From Eledone cirrhosa (lineage: Eukaryota), in the NCBI GenBank assembly GCA_964016885.1, contig OZ024740.1:299894001-299958000 (forward strand): a DNA stretch of 64,000 bases. Reading direction: 5' to 3'. The position numbers were made by a program, and so were the translations under genes. Positions within the stretch are counted from its first letter, which is position 1. Every line of letters begins with the position of its first letter. Below, piece after piece: positions 40,815-53,649 of the stretch. A model generated the notes under the pieces. It saw nothing but the letters and a program-made list of their open reading frames with translations. It was not told the origin of the DNA and did not search any database.

Positions 40815-41563
40815 TTCCCTTGCTTTTATCGAGAATCTAATTGTAATACGTGACGTATTCTATTCTATAGCGATTAGGTCTTCAAAATGTTTATTATAAA
40901 CATACAGAATATTTTCGAATATTCTATGTCTATATTCACATATATATCGCTATTTCAGAGCATTTATTCCAATTTCTAATTTCTGCCGGACCGGCAACCG
41001 CTCTTTCAAACCAGTTCCTGTACACAGCTAAGTATTCTATAAGTCTCTAGCTGTGTCATTCTCGATAAAAGCACTGGATATGTAGTCCTGATGATTTCTA
41101 ACGAGAATGAAACGCGTAGATTACTTCCCTTGCTTTTATCGAGAATCTAATTGTAATACGTGACGTATTCTATTCTATAGCGATTAGGTCTTCAAAATGT
41201 TTATTATAAACATACAGAATATTTTCGAATATTCTATGTCTATATTCACATATATATCGCTATTTCAGAGCATTTATTCCAATTTCTAATTTCTGCCGGA
41301 CCGGCAACCGCTCTTTCAAACCAGTTCCTGTACACAGCTAAGTATTCTATAAGTCTCTAGCTGTGTCATTCTCGATAAAAGCACTGGATATGTAGTCCTG
41401 ATGATTTCTAACGAGAATGAAACGCGTAGATTACTTCCCTTGCTTTTATCGAGAATCTAATTGTAATACGTGACGTATTCTATTCTATAGCGATTAGGTC
41501 TTCAAAATGTTTATTATAAACATACAGAATATTTTCGAATATTCTATGTCTATATTCATATAT

Positions 41564-41619
<56 letters not shown>

Positions 41620-42255
41620 GGGAGAGAGGGAGAGAAAGAGACAGAGAGAGAGAAAGAGAGTAAATGACCGATACGTTTTTTAAGAGTCGGTACAATGCGG
41701 TAGAAAATACAAAGCAAGTGATGGTAAATGAAACAAAAGAAACCATGGTAAAGTCATGTTTTAGCCAGTGTATTTTGACAGATATTATTGGGCTATTACC
41801 TTCTCACAGTTAGAGAAAAAAACTCAAATCATTCGTTTCATTTATCTTGGAATTTTTCAGCTCTGCATCGAGAAAAGGGTTATAGCCCTGAAATATGCCA
41901 TAATACACTAGGTAGAATATTAATTTACATTGTTTTATTTCATTTACCTCATTTGACCATCTTATTTTCAACCGCTTTGTATCAGTTGTCTATTTTAGAC
42001 ACGTATCAATATATTTATTGATTTTCATGCATAATTGTTTGTAAATCTCTGGTGGTGTCACACATGATGTTGCATAGCAGCCACACACTGTTACGGACAT
42101 GCACGTGTTACATTTACTACGTAAGCACACAAGCCAGTCTAAGCGTTTGTTCGTATAGCAGTATTCCGACGTGTAAGACGCTATCCATTTTGTTAATACC
42201 AAAGTTTGTTGATTGAAATGAAGCAGACATGACTCAGAAATATAAGCTTGAATAA

Positions 42256-42286
<31 letters not shown>

Positions 42287-42371
42287 GTAATAATAATAAA
42301 TTTGAAGACTAAAATCCAAAGAGGGCTCGATAAGGATAAATATATATCTAATATATAAGAACAGTAGAGCA

Positions 42372-42938
42372 AATATTTATTAAAATAACAGATTAAAGTT
42401 TAAGCAAAGAATCGCTGCTTTCACCCTTAACGGAATCTTCTGAAACTAACAAAGTCAATCTGTAAACCCAGAGTGGATATTTCAAAAAACGTTGCAACCG
42501 GAAATCATTCGGTTTCCTAGTTAGAATTTTAGTCTACGACTTCAGCTATACCATTTACGTGGTTTTGTCTTTGCGTGCAATTGTTCTCCACGCTCCACAT
42601 ATGACGTATTATCTTCGTTTTTTCCGTTCGTTGCCAGAGAACGTCTCTATGAACCACCTAAGAGACTACCACTTCTTTTATACCATAAACGTGGTCCTGT
42701 CTTTGCGTGTAATTGTTTTTCACCGCTTCTATTAATGACGTATTATATTCGTTTTTTCCCCGTTCTTTGCCAGGGAACGTTTCCACGAACCAAAGTATCG
42801 TCTTCCTGTCTTCCTCCAGTTGCAACGTTTTTTGAAATATCCACTTCTGCGTTTACAGATTGACTTTGTTAGTTTCAGAAGATCCCGTTAAGGGTGAAAG
42901 CAGCGATTCTTTGCTTAAACTTTAGTCTGTTATTTTAA

Positions 42939-42945
<7 letters not shown>
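42372..42945. mobile_element. Fold-back element, ~130-bp inverted arms, internal ~130-bp diverged direct repeat
   Basis: Arms 42372-42502 and 42815-42945; tatacca..acgtgg..gtctttgcgtg at ~42548 and ~42679. Confidence 0.85.
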
Positions 42946-43009
<64 letters not shown>

Positions 43010-43935
43010 ATGTGTGTGTGTGTGTGTACGTGTGTGTATGTGTGTGGGTGTGGGTGTGTATATATATATATATGTATGTGTGTTTGTGTGCGAGTGTGTG
43101 TGTGCAACTATCGATCCATATAAAAGCCTACACACACATGCACACAACACACGCAGACCCATATATACATTTCTGCATGTTTTTATGTCTGGCTTTGTTA
43201 TTTATGTCTTATTTGTTTGTAATTTATTTATCTAATAGAATACATATGATATTTTTATCCTACATCCTATATCCATTTCAGCTGGATACAATGTGTTTGA
43301 ATAGCAACGTAAATCTTAAAATACAAAATGCATGAAAGAAAGAGTGAATCATAAAAACAGGCATTTATAGACTGTGCAAAAACATTGATATGAAAATTTA
43401 CCATTATAAAAAATATTGTTTAATATCTGCACGTTTTAGGTAAATACTTATATTTCAACAACTAGACACAATCTTTAAATACATTTGGAACGTGCCTACG
43501 AAAATAGAAAATCAAAACTTAGCTATAATTTTTGCGACTAGATGTTAGAGAATAACGACGTTAATTAGACTGTTGATACAGACAAGTTACATTAAGCACA
43601 ACCAGAGATTTATATTTCAATAAAAATGTTTCTGGTGTGTTTTCTTTTCTTTTTGCTGCAATTGTTGTATTGATAGTTTATATTTTGTTCTGGCTGATAT
43701 TGTTGTTAGCACGCCGTGTCTTACAGATAGCTGTCCACTTTGATAGAACAATAGAACAATGTAGTAACAAATGAAATAACATCATCAGTTTGTCATGGGA
43801 CCTATGGCGGACTGTGTCTATGGCACCATCACTTTGAAATTACCCAGTCCAATTATTTATTAATCTATTTCACTAGGCGGTTCATATCGCCAACGTAAAA
43901 AGAGTAACGTTAGATATATATCGAGTTGAAATAAT

Positions 43936-43985
<50 letters not shown>

Positions 43986-44030
43986 CTCTTTTACCTGTTT
44001 CAGCCATCCGGCTGAGGCCATGCTGGGGCA

Positions 44031-44419
44031 CCAGATTTAGCAATGGCCAGATGGCCAGCAGTTGTCCATCTGGCCATTGCTAAATCTGACCTTTATAAAA
44101 TAACCCACTCCCCCAAATAACTCCTCATTCACTACCAGAAAGGCACACAGCAGTCAACTTGCTGCTACCAAGATGAAAACTACTATGAAATCCCACACTG
44201 AATTTTATACTTGAATTTTCAAATCTCAAATTTTAACTCTTCTTATTATTAATTTTCTTAATATTAATCAACATTTGAAAAGATGGCTTTTGCAGACCCA
44301 TCGAAACCGGTCATTTTGTATACCCTTTATTATTTCCTTACCTTATAAAATTATATGTTTTTTCACAAAAAAGTATTCTGTCTCTTATATATTCCATGTG
44401 CCATTACCAACCTCAATTT

Positions 44420-44420
<1 letters not shown>
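44031..44420 (+). mobile_element. Short pLTR-like insertion: 5' hairpin plus hammerhead
   Basis: cagatttagcaatggccagatgg/ccatctggccattgctaaatctg hairpin followed by an HHR. Confidence 0.65.
44269..44318 (+). ncRNA. Hammerhead with U3-A8 core
   Basis: CAACAU-UUGAAAA-GAUGG..CCAUC-GAAA-CCG-GUC-AUUUUG; stem I has one mismatch. Confidence 0.7.
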
Positions 44421-44450
<30 letters not shown>

Positions 44451-46662
44451 GATTTAGACAAGTCCAGCCTCCTGTTATTTTATTATAATAATTAACTCCC
44501 TACCAACTACACAAACGAAGACGGGTGAGCTGCATTACGTTGAGTACTCTCCATAATATTACATCGAGATTGACCATACAGAATGACCAACTCTATCCAG
44601 TGGTGAACCAACAAACCTAAATAAATAATGCTCCAGAAATTTTGAGCGCTTTCATATGTAATAATGAACAGCGGCACTGACTCCAGTGTACAGCTATCAC
44701 CAGCATGGGATTAACTGATCTAATTACCATTCGGATTTTGGCTGCTCTGTGCTTTGTCTACCGCCCATCTGGTCCAATGCTGCTTCCCTGTCCGGAATAT
44801 TCAGACTTCGACAAAATTCTACGGATTATACTATAACCTGTATGGTATTGACTGAATTCTCTACCCTATACTTCAGGGCTTTTGTGATTCACACTGAATT
44901 CTGAGACTCGAACATACATTAATATCACCTGATACCATTCCATCTCTTCCATCCTCTATATCTATATGTATTTCTAACTGCAACTTGATCTATATTGTAT
45001 TTACCCTGTGTTTTGATTTCTCCGATATGTTCTTATATACTTCCGTTTTACTCCATCACCGCCCTAGCTATAACGGCATTTTATTTATGCATTTTTACTT
45101 TATTAATGTATTTTTATCTTTGTATTCTGCTTTTATCTATTTATGTATTTTTGCTTATTATTCCTTTTATTTAGGTTTTTACTCGCTTTACTCTCATTAT
45201 GTACTTATCATTGTACTCATTAGCACACGACACTAGAATATTACTCTCTGTACCCTTATATCTCCCCCTATCCACCAAAGAACCACACTACTTATAACCC
45301 GGACTAACTGGGGACTTAAATATAGTCTATTTGCGCATTTCATCGGGTTTTACCACTTTCAACCACACATCACGGGTGTGAATATATAATAATCGTTCGG
45401 TTACACGTGATGATCTGACTGATGTGGTGGCTTTCCCGGCTGCGCGCCTGGCGCTCTGGTGCATAAGCCTTCCTTGAGTGCTTGGAAAAATAAATTTCCT
45501 CTTCTTTCGGTAAATGAAACTACTCGAATCGGTTGCTTCGCCCCGGGCGGGCCGCGCCGCCGGTTTTGACCACCATATAGTACCTTTAAATTCTAGGCCT
45601 AATCATAACTATTAGCTGTATCATGCCTCCCTCTACTGGCACGTAAACCTGTGTGAATTAATAGTATTCGTTTGGTATAGCGATGGCCTGACGACGATGG
45701 CAGACTTCCCGCTAACACACCCGAATCCTAAGACAGTTACATTCCTGGAGTACTCGGAAAAATTAATTTCCATCTCTTTCGCTAGACGATATCACTCGGA
45801 ACGGGTGAGACGTGGTTAGGAAGGGCTGGCCGGAGTCTGCAGTCGTCGCGTGTTATTGACTGCTAAACAAGGGCTTAATCTTCACTCTATATCCCACCCT
45901 GAAAACTTATCGAGAATCTCTATAATGCACTTAAACATTTTCATAAAAAGACTCTCTCTGTAAATTCTTTAACTAAATCTCGCAACCCAAACCTTAAACT
46001 TTTTTTAATTTTTTAATTTTTTTAATTTCATCCTATAACTCTAAACATGAGTTTAACGTTCCAATTTTCTGTTCATACATTATACCATACAGACGCCCAC
46101 TATATATGCCTCTGTTAGGATTTAGATTCTTTGGAAAAACATTTTTCGCGGCAATTTCTAGCCTGATTGTAGCATGACCTTAACGCTGACTTTTCTTCTT
46201 ACTTCCTTTCTTCTTTTTTTCTCTTTGACGGGAAGGTAGTAGCACATTATAAGCTTCGCCCCCTCACCAGATGGTCATAAGTAGAACGAATAGCCAATAC
46301 TTGAGGGCGACCGACTAAAGTAGAAGACGCTAGATGGTCGGTCGTGCTCTTGTCTATGATTTTCAGCCCCATGGATTTTATCTGTTATATTCCTTTGTTA
46401 TATTTCGAATACCTGATGATATCAGCGGATTCATACGGAGCCCGGTCATTGAAATGATCATAGTATAATAAACCTTTCAAGGATTTACACAAGTCCAGCC
46501 TCCTGTTATTTTATTATAATAATTAACTCCGTACTCGCACCACCAACTACACAAACGAAGACGGGTGAGCTGCATTACGTTGAGTACTCTCCATAAGATT
46601 ACATCGAGACTGACCATACGGAATGACCAACTCTATCCAGTGGGGAGCCAACAAACATAAAT
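44451..46662 (+). mobile_element. 2.03-kb non-coding hammerhead element with ~175-bp terminal direct repeat
   Basis: gattta.acaagtccagcctcctg.. at 44451 and 46482 (period 2031). HHR plus AATAAA just before the second copy; (TA)n flanks; no credible ORF. Confidence 0.85.
46409..46466 (+). ncRNA. Type I hammerhead (stem II degenerate)
   Basis: AUAC-CUGAUGA-..-GAAA-UGAUC-AUA-GUAU, then AAUAAA; palindromic stem III AUGAUCAU. Confidence 0.8.
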
Positions 46663-46671
46663 ATATATATA

Positions 46672-49600
46672 TATAAACGTTTGGAGTTAGAAGGCCAGAA
46701 CAAGGTAGGTATGGATATAGAATATAAATACAAATGCAAAAGATATTGCTGACAATTAGTCTTTTACCTTAAATTTATTTGAATATCCTTAATTTTCGAG
46801 ATAATATCTATTCTTCGGGAAGTAAAGGGAAGTAAAGGGGTTAATCCAGTGTTCTAATAACCTTGCCAAGTCATACTGACAGAAAAGAGTATAGAAATTC
46901 CATTCTATTTCTAATGTCAAAGAGTGAAGGTTAGGTGGAGAAAGGGTTGTCTCCCTTTAAATAGGTTTGGACATGTATGTCTAAGTGTGTGTGGGAGAAT
47001 ACGTGAAGGTGTAAGCATGCGTGTGTGTGTGTGTGTGTGAGTGTGAGAGGATATGTTTATATGTAAATGTGGAGGCTCTATCATGTTAAAACTGGTCTAT
47101 ATATGTGTATGTGTGGGTGTGAGAGAGAATAAGTGAAGGTGTAAGCGTGTGTGTGTGTGTGTGCGTGTGTGTGTGTGTGAGATGGTACGTGGAGGTGTAA
47201 GTGTGGGGGCTAGGTGCTCTATCATGTTAAAAATTGGGTGTTGAGTTCTAGTCTGGTATTGATTGGTGGTTGTGTTTTGTCTAAAATTACTGCTTCTTTA
47301 ATTCTAAGATTGCCGAGGTTTCTTTCCTTAGCGTCTATCCTAACTATTATGTTTTTGTCGGTATTTATGCATTTCACTAGGTGTTTCTTAAATGAGGAAG
47401 CATTAGTGTTGAGGTGTTCTTTTATTCTAATGTGAAGTGGTCTGGTGGTGCTATGTATGTAGAAATTGCTGCACACTTGTCGCACTCTAGTCTGTATACG
47501 ACGTAAGCCTGGTGGCATAGGTGTGTCATCGATGGGGCAGTTGGCTCGCCTGCAGCGGATGTCATGTCTGGTAGAGTGTCTGTCGGTTAGCTGTCCGCGT
47601 AGAGAAGGTCCTGAGTGGGCTAGCTGGATATTTAGTCCCTCTCGTCTGATAGCTCTGCGGATGGCTGTTGGTGTTTCGTCACTGACGTGTGGGAGCTTTA
47701 GGAAGCAGGTGTTAGTGCCTCGGGTGTGGTGTCCTCTGTTGTTTCAGGCATGGTTCGCGGTGGACGTCGGGTATCTGTTCAGTTTAAGTACTTCCAGGAA
47801 ATGTGTGGTGTGCGTGTCTCGGTCTCTTGTGTCGGTGCATTTGTTCCAGATACGTGTTAGTACGCTCCTTATGTATCCGAACTTAGCGCTGACTGGGAGG
47901 GCTGATCTGAAATGTACCAACAGGTCCCTGCTGGCGGCTTTTTTATAGAAGCAGGTGTGGATGTCGCCTTCCTCTGTTACCCTGAGTTGGAAGTCCAAAA
48001 GGGATAGGGATCCGCGGTCATCGGGATGTTCCATGCTGAAGTTTATATTGGCGTCCATGCTGGAGAATGTCATGTATATTTTATCCGCTTCCTCACAGGA
48101 TGATGTAAGGATGAGTAGGTCATCTACATATCGGGTGAAGAAGGTATAGGAATGGCAGGTGTTGAGGGCTCGGCATTCCAGCTGGTTCATATAAGTGATG
48201 GTCAGCAGGCCCGATAGGCTGGATCCCACGGGTAATCCTGTTGTCTGTCTGTATGTGTGGTGCTGGAAGGTGAGGTACGTGTTGTCCACTGTGAAGGACA
48301 AAAGCTGGTGTATGTCTGTCGGATGGAGGCCGTAGCAGTAGAGGTCTTCTGAAACCATTCAGTCCGTCAATAAATCGAGAGCTGGATGAGCGGGGACTGT
48401 AGTGTAGAGGGAGACAACGTGGAGGCTAAAGGCGTAACTATTTAGTTTAAGTTGTTCTGGCTGGAGTTGCTGTAGTCTACGCATGACCTCGTCAGAGCTA
48501 CTGACATGCCCGGAAAAGGTGGAGAGTAGAGGCTTGAGGATCTGGGAGACGAGCCAGGAGAGTTTGTATAGGGGACCTTCTATGCTAGAGATGATGGGTC
48601 TTATTTGTGTTTAGTAATATTCTTTTGGGTCTTGATGAGGTGATAGAAAGTGGGCAGTCTGCTATTTCTAGTGGTGTAATTGAACTTAAATTTATTTGGG
48701 AGTTGTCTTCTACTACAGATGTCGAACCAGATGGAGTTGGCCTGCTTTTCGATCTTGGCTGCAGTTATGTCGGGGACCTCTCTATACAGTTCGTTGTCGC
48801 TTAAGTGTTCAAATGATAGCTTGAGAGATGACACAAAACTCGTTACCTTTGTCGGATGGTAAGTATATGAGTTCCCTATTCCGCAGGTTCTTCAGGGCGA
48901 GTTGTTGCGTCCTGGAGAGGTTTGGCGCTATCTTCTTCTGTTTCCGTAAGATGTTAAATATTGAATGTTTTAATTTTTCTTCCAGCTTGTGGTTGGCAGA
49001 CGGTGGACAGAGTGGGTAGTCCAGTTGGTATATCGGGAATCTGGTTGTGTTAGATTCCGTGGTGTTGTTGCCCACGGTCGATATCCATTTTAGTTGGTAG
49101 GCGGCCCGACAGAAATTTGTTTCTATGTCGAGCCATAATTTGTCGTCCAGACTCTGTTTCAATATGAATTTGAGACCCAGGCTGAGGAAGTCTAGTTCAT
49201 CTCGGGAGAGGGATCCTGTCAAGTCTGTGACAAGGTGTTTTGCGTCAGGTTTGTTGTAGGTGGGGGCGCCGCTAGGTTCGATGTTGGTACCGTCTTGTTC
49301 GCCTCTGTTGGTGCTTAGAGTTGGGTTGTTGTTAGGACGGTCAGCCGTGTTGAGCTTGATACATTTTTTGCTTTAGTCGTATTTTCTTAAAATCTCTGCG
49401 ATGGTGGAAGGACCTGTCTATAGCGGCGAAAATTACTCTGTGCAGAGGTTCTGGGGTTTCAGCGAGTCGTGGTACTAGGCTGGAAATTGTCCGTATGTGT
49501 TGTTGCAGCGTGCAGTGTAGGTGTTGTATGAGTTTTCTTATGCAGAATTTTTTGTATGTAGCTAAGTAATCGTTTGAGGCCTGGTGATTGGAAGCATGTT

Positions 49601-49897
49601 GGTGGGTGCAGATTATTGATAGTTTTTGGCATGTTGTTATTCAGGCACCGTTTGAGGAAGTTTACTTAGCAGCCGGCTTTGGCGCGCCTTTCAGATAGCT
49701 TGAAGAGTTTCTTTACAGTTGTAACCTGGGCCTGGCTTAGGAGTAAGGAAAGGAGGAAATTGTATTTACGTGAAGCATTGGGTAGTGAGGTATAAACGTT
49801 TGGAGTTAGAAGGCCAGAACAATGCAGGTATGGATATAGAATATAAATACAAATGCAAAAGATATTGTTGACAATTAGTCTTTTACCTTAAATTTAT
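46672..49897 (-). mobile_element. Full-length degenerate PLE (Penelope/Poseidon-like) with direct terminal repeat
   Basis: tataaacgtttggagttagaaggcc..ccttaaattta (~105 bp) at ~46672 and ~49791; inserted in TA. Confidence 0.9.
47222..49790 (-). pseudogene. PLE ORF: N-terminal domain, RT, GIY-YIG
   Basis: FLKRCL, LSLGLKF, PSDKG, FYHLIKT, GLPVGSSLS, RYVDD, SLLDF, FYI.STTRPLHIRIKEH, IKEA..PPIN; several stops and frameshifts. Confidence 0.93.
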
Positions 49898-50148
49898 ATA
49901 TATATGTATGTATGAATGTAAAAGGTAAACAGAAATAACAACACAATCAGTACAATATATGGAACGAATATATTAGGTTAATGCTTGAAATAGCAGGAAG
50001 AGGGGTTAACGTTTAGGACGCTAATACTTCATCAAAAGAAATAATGAGAAATAAGATAGATTGAAGGGACGGATGGGGTGGAATTAGAAAATATGACTTT
50101 AGATAAAATTAACAGGTCCATTATGTTGACATCTTTTATATATATATG

Positions 50149-50221
<73 letters not shown>

Positions 50222-50225
<4 letters not shown>

Positions 50226-50478
50226 AATAATATTAAAAGCCATACAATGCATTAGAAAATGAAAGCTGCCATGATAACAGTATAATCTTATATTAGCAAA
50301 TACAATAATCCCATCTCCAATCGATCCTTTAAGACCTTTACAGGGATACTCTCTTGGTAATGGGTTTTTAAACCCGAAAATATTTGGGATTATTAAATTT
50401 GCTAAGGTAAGCTTCTATTGCTACCTCGGCATCTTTAATTTTCTAATGCATTGTATGGATTTTAGAATTATTTAAATT
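50222..50478. mobile_element. Diverged fold-back with damaged U3-A8 hammerhead (50349-50389, +)
   Basis: Inverted atttaaataat..catacaatgcattagaaaat arms; CUCUC-UUGGUAA-U-GGGUUU.UAAACCC-GAAA-AUA-UUU-GGGA (A6>G). Confidence 0.6.
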
Positions 50479-50678
50479 TATATTTCCTAATCAACAATGC
50501 TTCAAGCAAACTACAACACACACTCTCTCTCTCTCTCTCACACACACACACGCATATATATATATGATTCCAGTTCCTCAGTGAAATAACAACCCAACCA
50601 GGAACTGGGCATATCAGAGTATTGACAACATTATACACCTCAACAACATATGTACTTGTCTATACCACACTAATTCGG

Positions 50679-50733
50679 ACTGCCTGAAGAGGTCACAGCC
50701 AAAGATGGCTGTCACTGAAATATATATAGCAGT
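50679..50733 (+). ncRNA. Type I hammerhead in short TA-flanked insertion (~50566-50785)
   Basis: ACUGC-CUGAAGA-GGUCACAGCC..GGCUGUCACU-GAAA-UAUAU-AUA-GCAGU, then AAUAAA. Confidence 0.88.
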
Positions 50734-50778
50734 AATAAACGAAGCTAAATTTTAAACATTTGACTTTTTATTTAACTT

Positions 50779-50852
<74 letters not shown>

Positions 50853-51394
50853 CCTGGATACTGACCACATCATAACGCCTAATATAACCAGGATATCCTA
50901 CGTGAAGTTGAATCTCTTAGTTAAACTACTATTTCTTTTATATTGACTTACTGTGATATACCATGCTTTCTGTAAATCCTGAAGATATTACACTCCAGAA
51001 CAATCATTATTATCAACATCCAATATATGTATGGCAAATATTAACATCAATATAAAACATAGCATGAAGTATAAGAACCATAACTAAGCTTACGCAAATT
51101 TCCACATTAGTGTGATTTATATTATAGACCAGATATGGATGCGGGATAGATGCTACTCAGTAGGAATCTGAAAGACTAATATATATAATATAATGTTAGG
51201 TTTTTACTCTACACTTTTGCTTTCCTTATTCCTAAAACTCCTCCGGAGTTCATATTACCGCTATATTGACGTACAGCCTATCTTGGGCATTTTAAGCCTG
51301 ACTGAGTCTATCCCGCTCCAGACCTGAGTACAGTAGATATCTTCAGGAGAAGGATATAAAGTTAGGGAGAAGAAGTGCGAAAGTGATGCAGAGG

Positions 51395-51545
51395 AAAGAT
51401 CGACCCCAGTACTAGACTGACACTTTATTTCACAACCTCAAAAGGATGAAAGGCAAAGTTCCCCTTGGCGGCATAATGAACTCAGAGAGCAGGAACGAAT
51501 TCCATGAAGCACCCTATCCGACGTTATAATGATCCTGCCAATTCG
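51395..51545 (-). mobile_element. SINE, diverged
   Basis: tcgaccccagtac..aaggatgaaaggcaaagt..gaactcagag. Confidence 0.7.
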
Positions 51546-53649
51546 ACACATTATAACCATATGTTACTAAAAGTCAGTAAAAAATAGTTGCATTTTACTT
51601 CAAAAGAACTGAATGAAAGGCAAAATATATTTAGTCTAACACCTTAATATATTTGGCAGACAAAATGTTCAATAAATAGCAGTGCTAATGAATATAATGA
51701 ACAATATGTTGCATTTCGAAATTCCTTGTCTACAGTTTAATTTATTATAAACATCGAGATAGATGAAACGAAATTATCGTTGAGAAGGTTTAACTTCTCG
51801 ACGGCAGAATATATTGTGAGTAAATTAAGATAATCAAATCAACTAAAAACCGAAACAATGCTGGTATATCAACATTCGTTTGAGAGAAAAAAGATATTTA
51901 CCAATATAAGAATAAACCTAATAACTTTGCAAATATGACAAACATATATTTATAACTATAATAATATTATTCGGAAAAAATGCCGCTGGTAAATTAATAT
52001 ATTTAGTTATTATCTAATTGATATAATTTGCTTTTGAAAACATAAATGCGCTTAATAAAATGAAGTGCTACACCTTGTTATCTCTTGTTTTTTATGTGAA
52101 GATATCGACCAGCAGATGTACCTAAATGTAATAAAACTGCAACAGTATAAAGAAATTGGATGGGTCAGAATGTGGGGTGGGTAAAGTGCGGCGAGTAAAA
52201 GAAAATAGTAATTTCTAAATAATAGCTATAATTATACTATACTTATAAACTTATCAACACCAAATATCCAAAATTATTATTGTAAACACAACTTCGGAAT
52301 GATAATCAGCCATTTAAGCAATGGTTTTAATGCCATAAATGTAACAAACGTAACACAAAAGAAAAGTATTGTTAACTCCTTAGTCCATAGACCATTTCTC
52401 ATTCACCATCTCCAACAAAATAAACAAAATATACACTAGAATACACTAGAATAAAAACACAATCACCGATTAGACGCAGCCCCACAACTGCTCAATTGGT
52501 AAATCTGTGGTGCGACATCTAGAGGATAAGATAATAAACCATACACTATTTGTAGTGAATGGTTTGTCTGTTAGATGTGGAGCTTGCATTTTCATGAATG
52601 TGAGAATGACAGAAGTGATAACTGGTAATTGTAAAGTTTAAAATTTGCAGCAACCTTTTAATTCGTGTTAGGTAGGATTAATACCAACGATGAGGAGCAA
52701 GATTGTTTCTTGGATATGTGCAGTGACCTTGTCCTTATGCTGTTGAAGGAGATCAGAATGCAATTCCCCACTGCAGATTATTTTTGAGGTTGCAGTTTTA
52801 CAGAAATAGCGCAGGTTTGACGTGGCTTTTCTGCTTTGCACGTGGATGACGATATTTCAGAAGATGGAAATGTCATACCATCACTGTAGTAACCTTTGTG
52901 AGGTAAAAGTATGCCTACGTTGTTAATGCAGAGAAGGACAGTAAAAATAACATAACCATAACATCTGAGCCTCAGTTTTGACAAAATGCGTGTCAGCAAA
53001 AGACTCACTATTACACATTTTGATGGTATGAATAACTAGTATTCATTTGAAGTTATGAGATTACCAAATATAGTTAGCATAAAATGGGGGTGTACCGATA
53101 CTGATTTAATTTGACATAGGATTCAGAACGTGGAAGGTTTTCCCAAGTATACAGATATGTGGTGGCTAGCCATCCATTTGCAATCATCGGACATTTTCAT
53201 ATATAATTGTAATTTGTTAAAAGCTCACGTTAGATATAAATAATTTTTCGAAAGTGTTTTCACGTGAACATGTGTTTGTATATGCATGCATATACGTGTT
53301 TATACGTTTTCAATGTCTAAGGGTATTTTATCAATTCCCTCAACTATTATTTATAGTGATCGATTGAAACAAACAGTTATTTACTGCGCTTCGTACACAC
53401 ACCTTCAGATTTCAAACACTCCCAGCAGATCAATAATTGATATTGTGTGAATGGGGGTGTTTGTGTATCTGTGTAAACATAGACATGTGTAGTTTGAGAA
53501 GCATATTAACAAGCTTGTGTATAGTATATCAAGATGTGGAAATCAAATCATTGTTATCATTCATGACATCTATCTAAAAGTAACTATTTAGCCTTTATCG
53601 TTTAGGTATTCATAATATATTCGAAACCGTAAATATATTTGACTTATAA

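Larger units (their letters stand above)
38361..41558. mobile_element. Array of a 310-bp hammerhead-containing unit: ~6.9 copies, then ~3.5 inverted copies
   Basis: Units start at 38361, 38671, 38981, 39291, 39601, 39911 and 40221. Orientation flips at 40485-40487 (GAA microhomology); (TA)n on both sides. Confidence 0.95.

Noticed and set aside
38361-41558. 310-bp array as CRISPR, centromeric satellite or coding repeat
   Set aside because: No spacers and no ORF; the HHR and TA-flanked inverted layout explain it better.
45811-45830. cgtggttagg resembling the start of a pistol ribozyme
   Set aside because: The remaining pistol elements are absent.
46785-46822. HHR-like CCGAAGA..GAAAAUUA in the PLE 3' region (minus)
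   Set aside because: Expected position, but U4 is mutated and stem I is poor; not called as a ribozyme.
49995-50040. Minus-strand UUGAUGA..CCUAAACGUUA
   Set aside because: GAAA and the stems are degraded; at most an HHR relic.
52560-53010. 76-aa minus-strand ORF in non-repetitive DNA
   Set aside because: No motif and no splice support.
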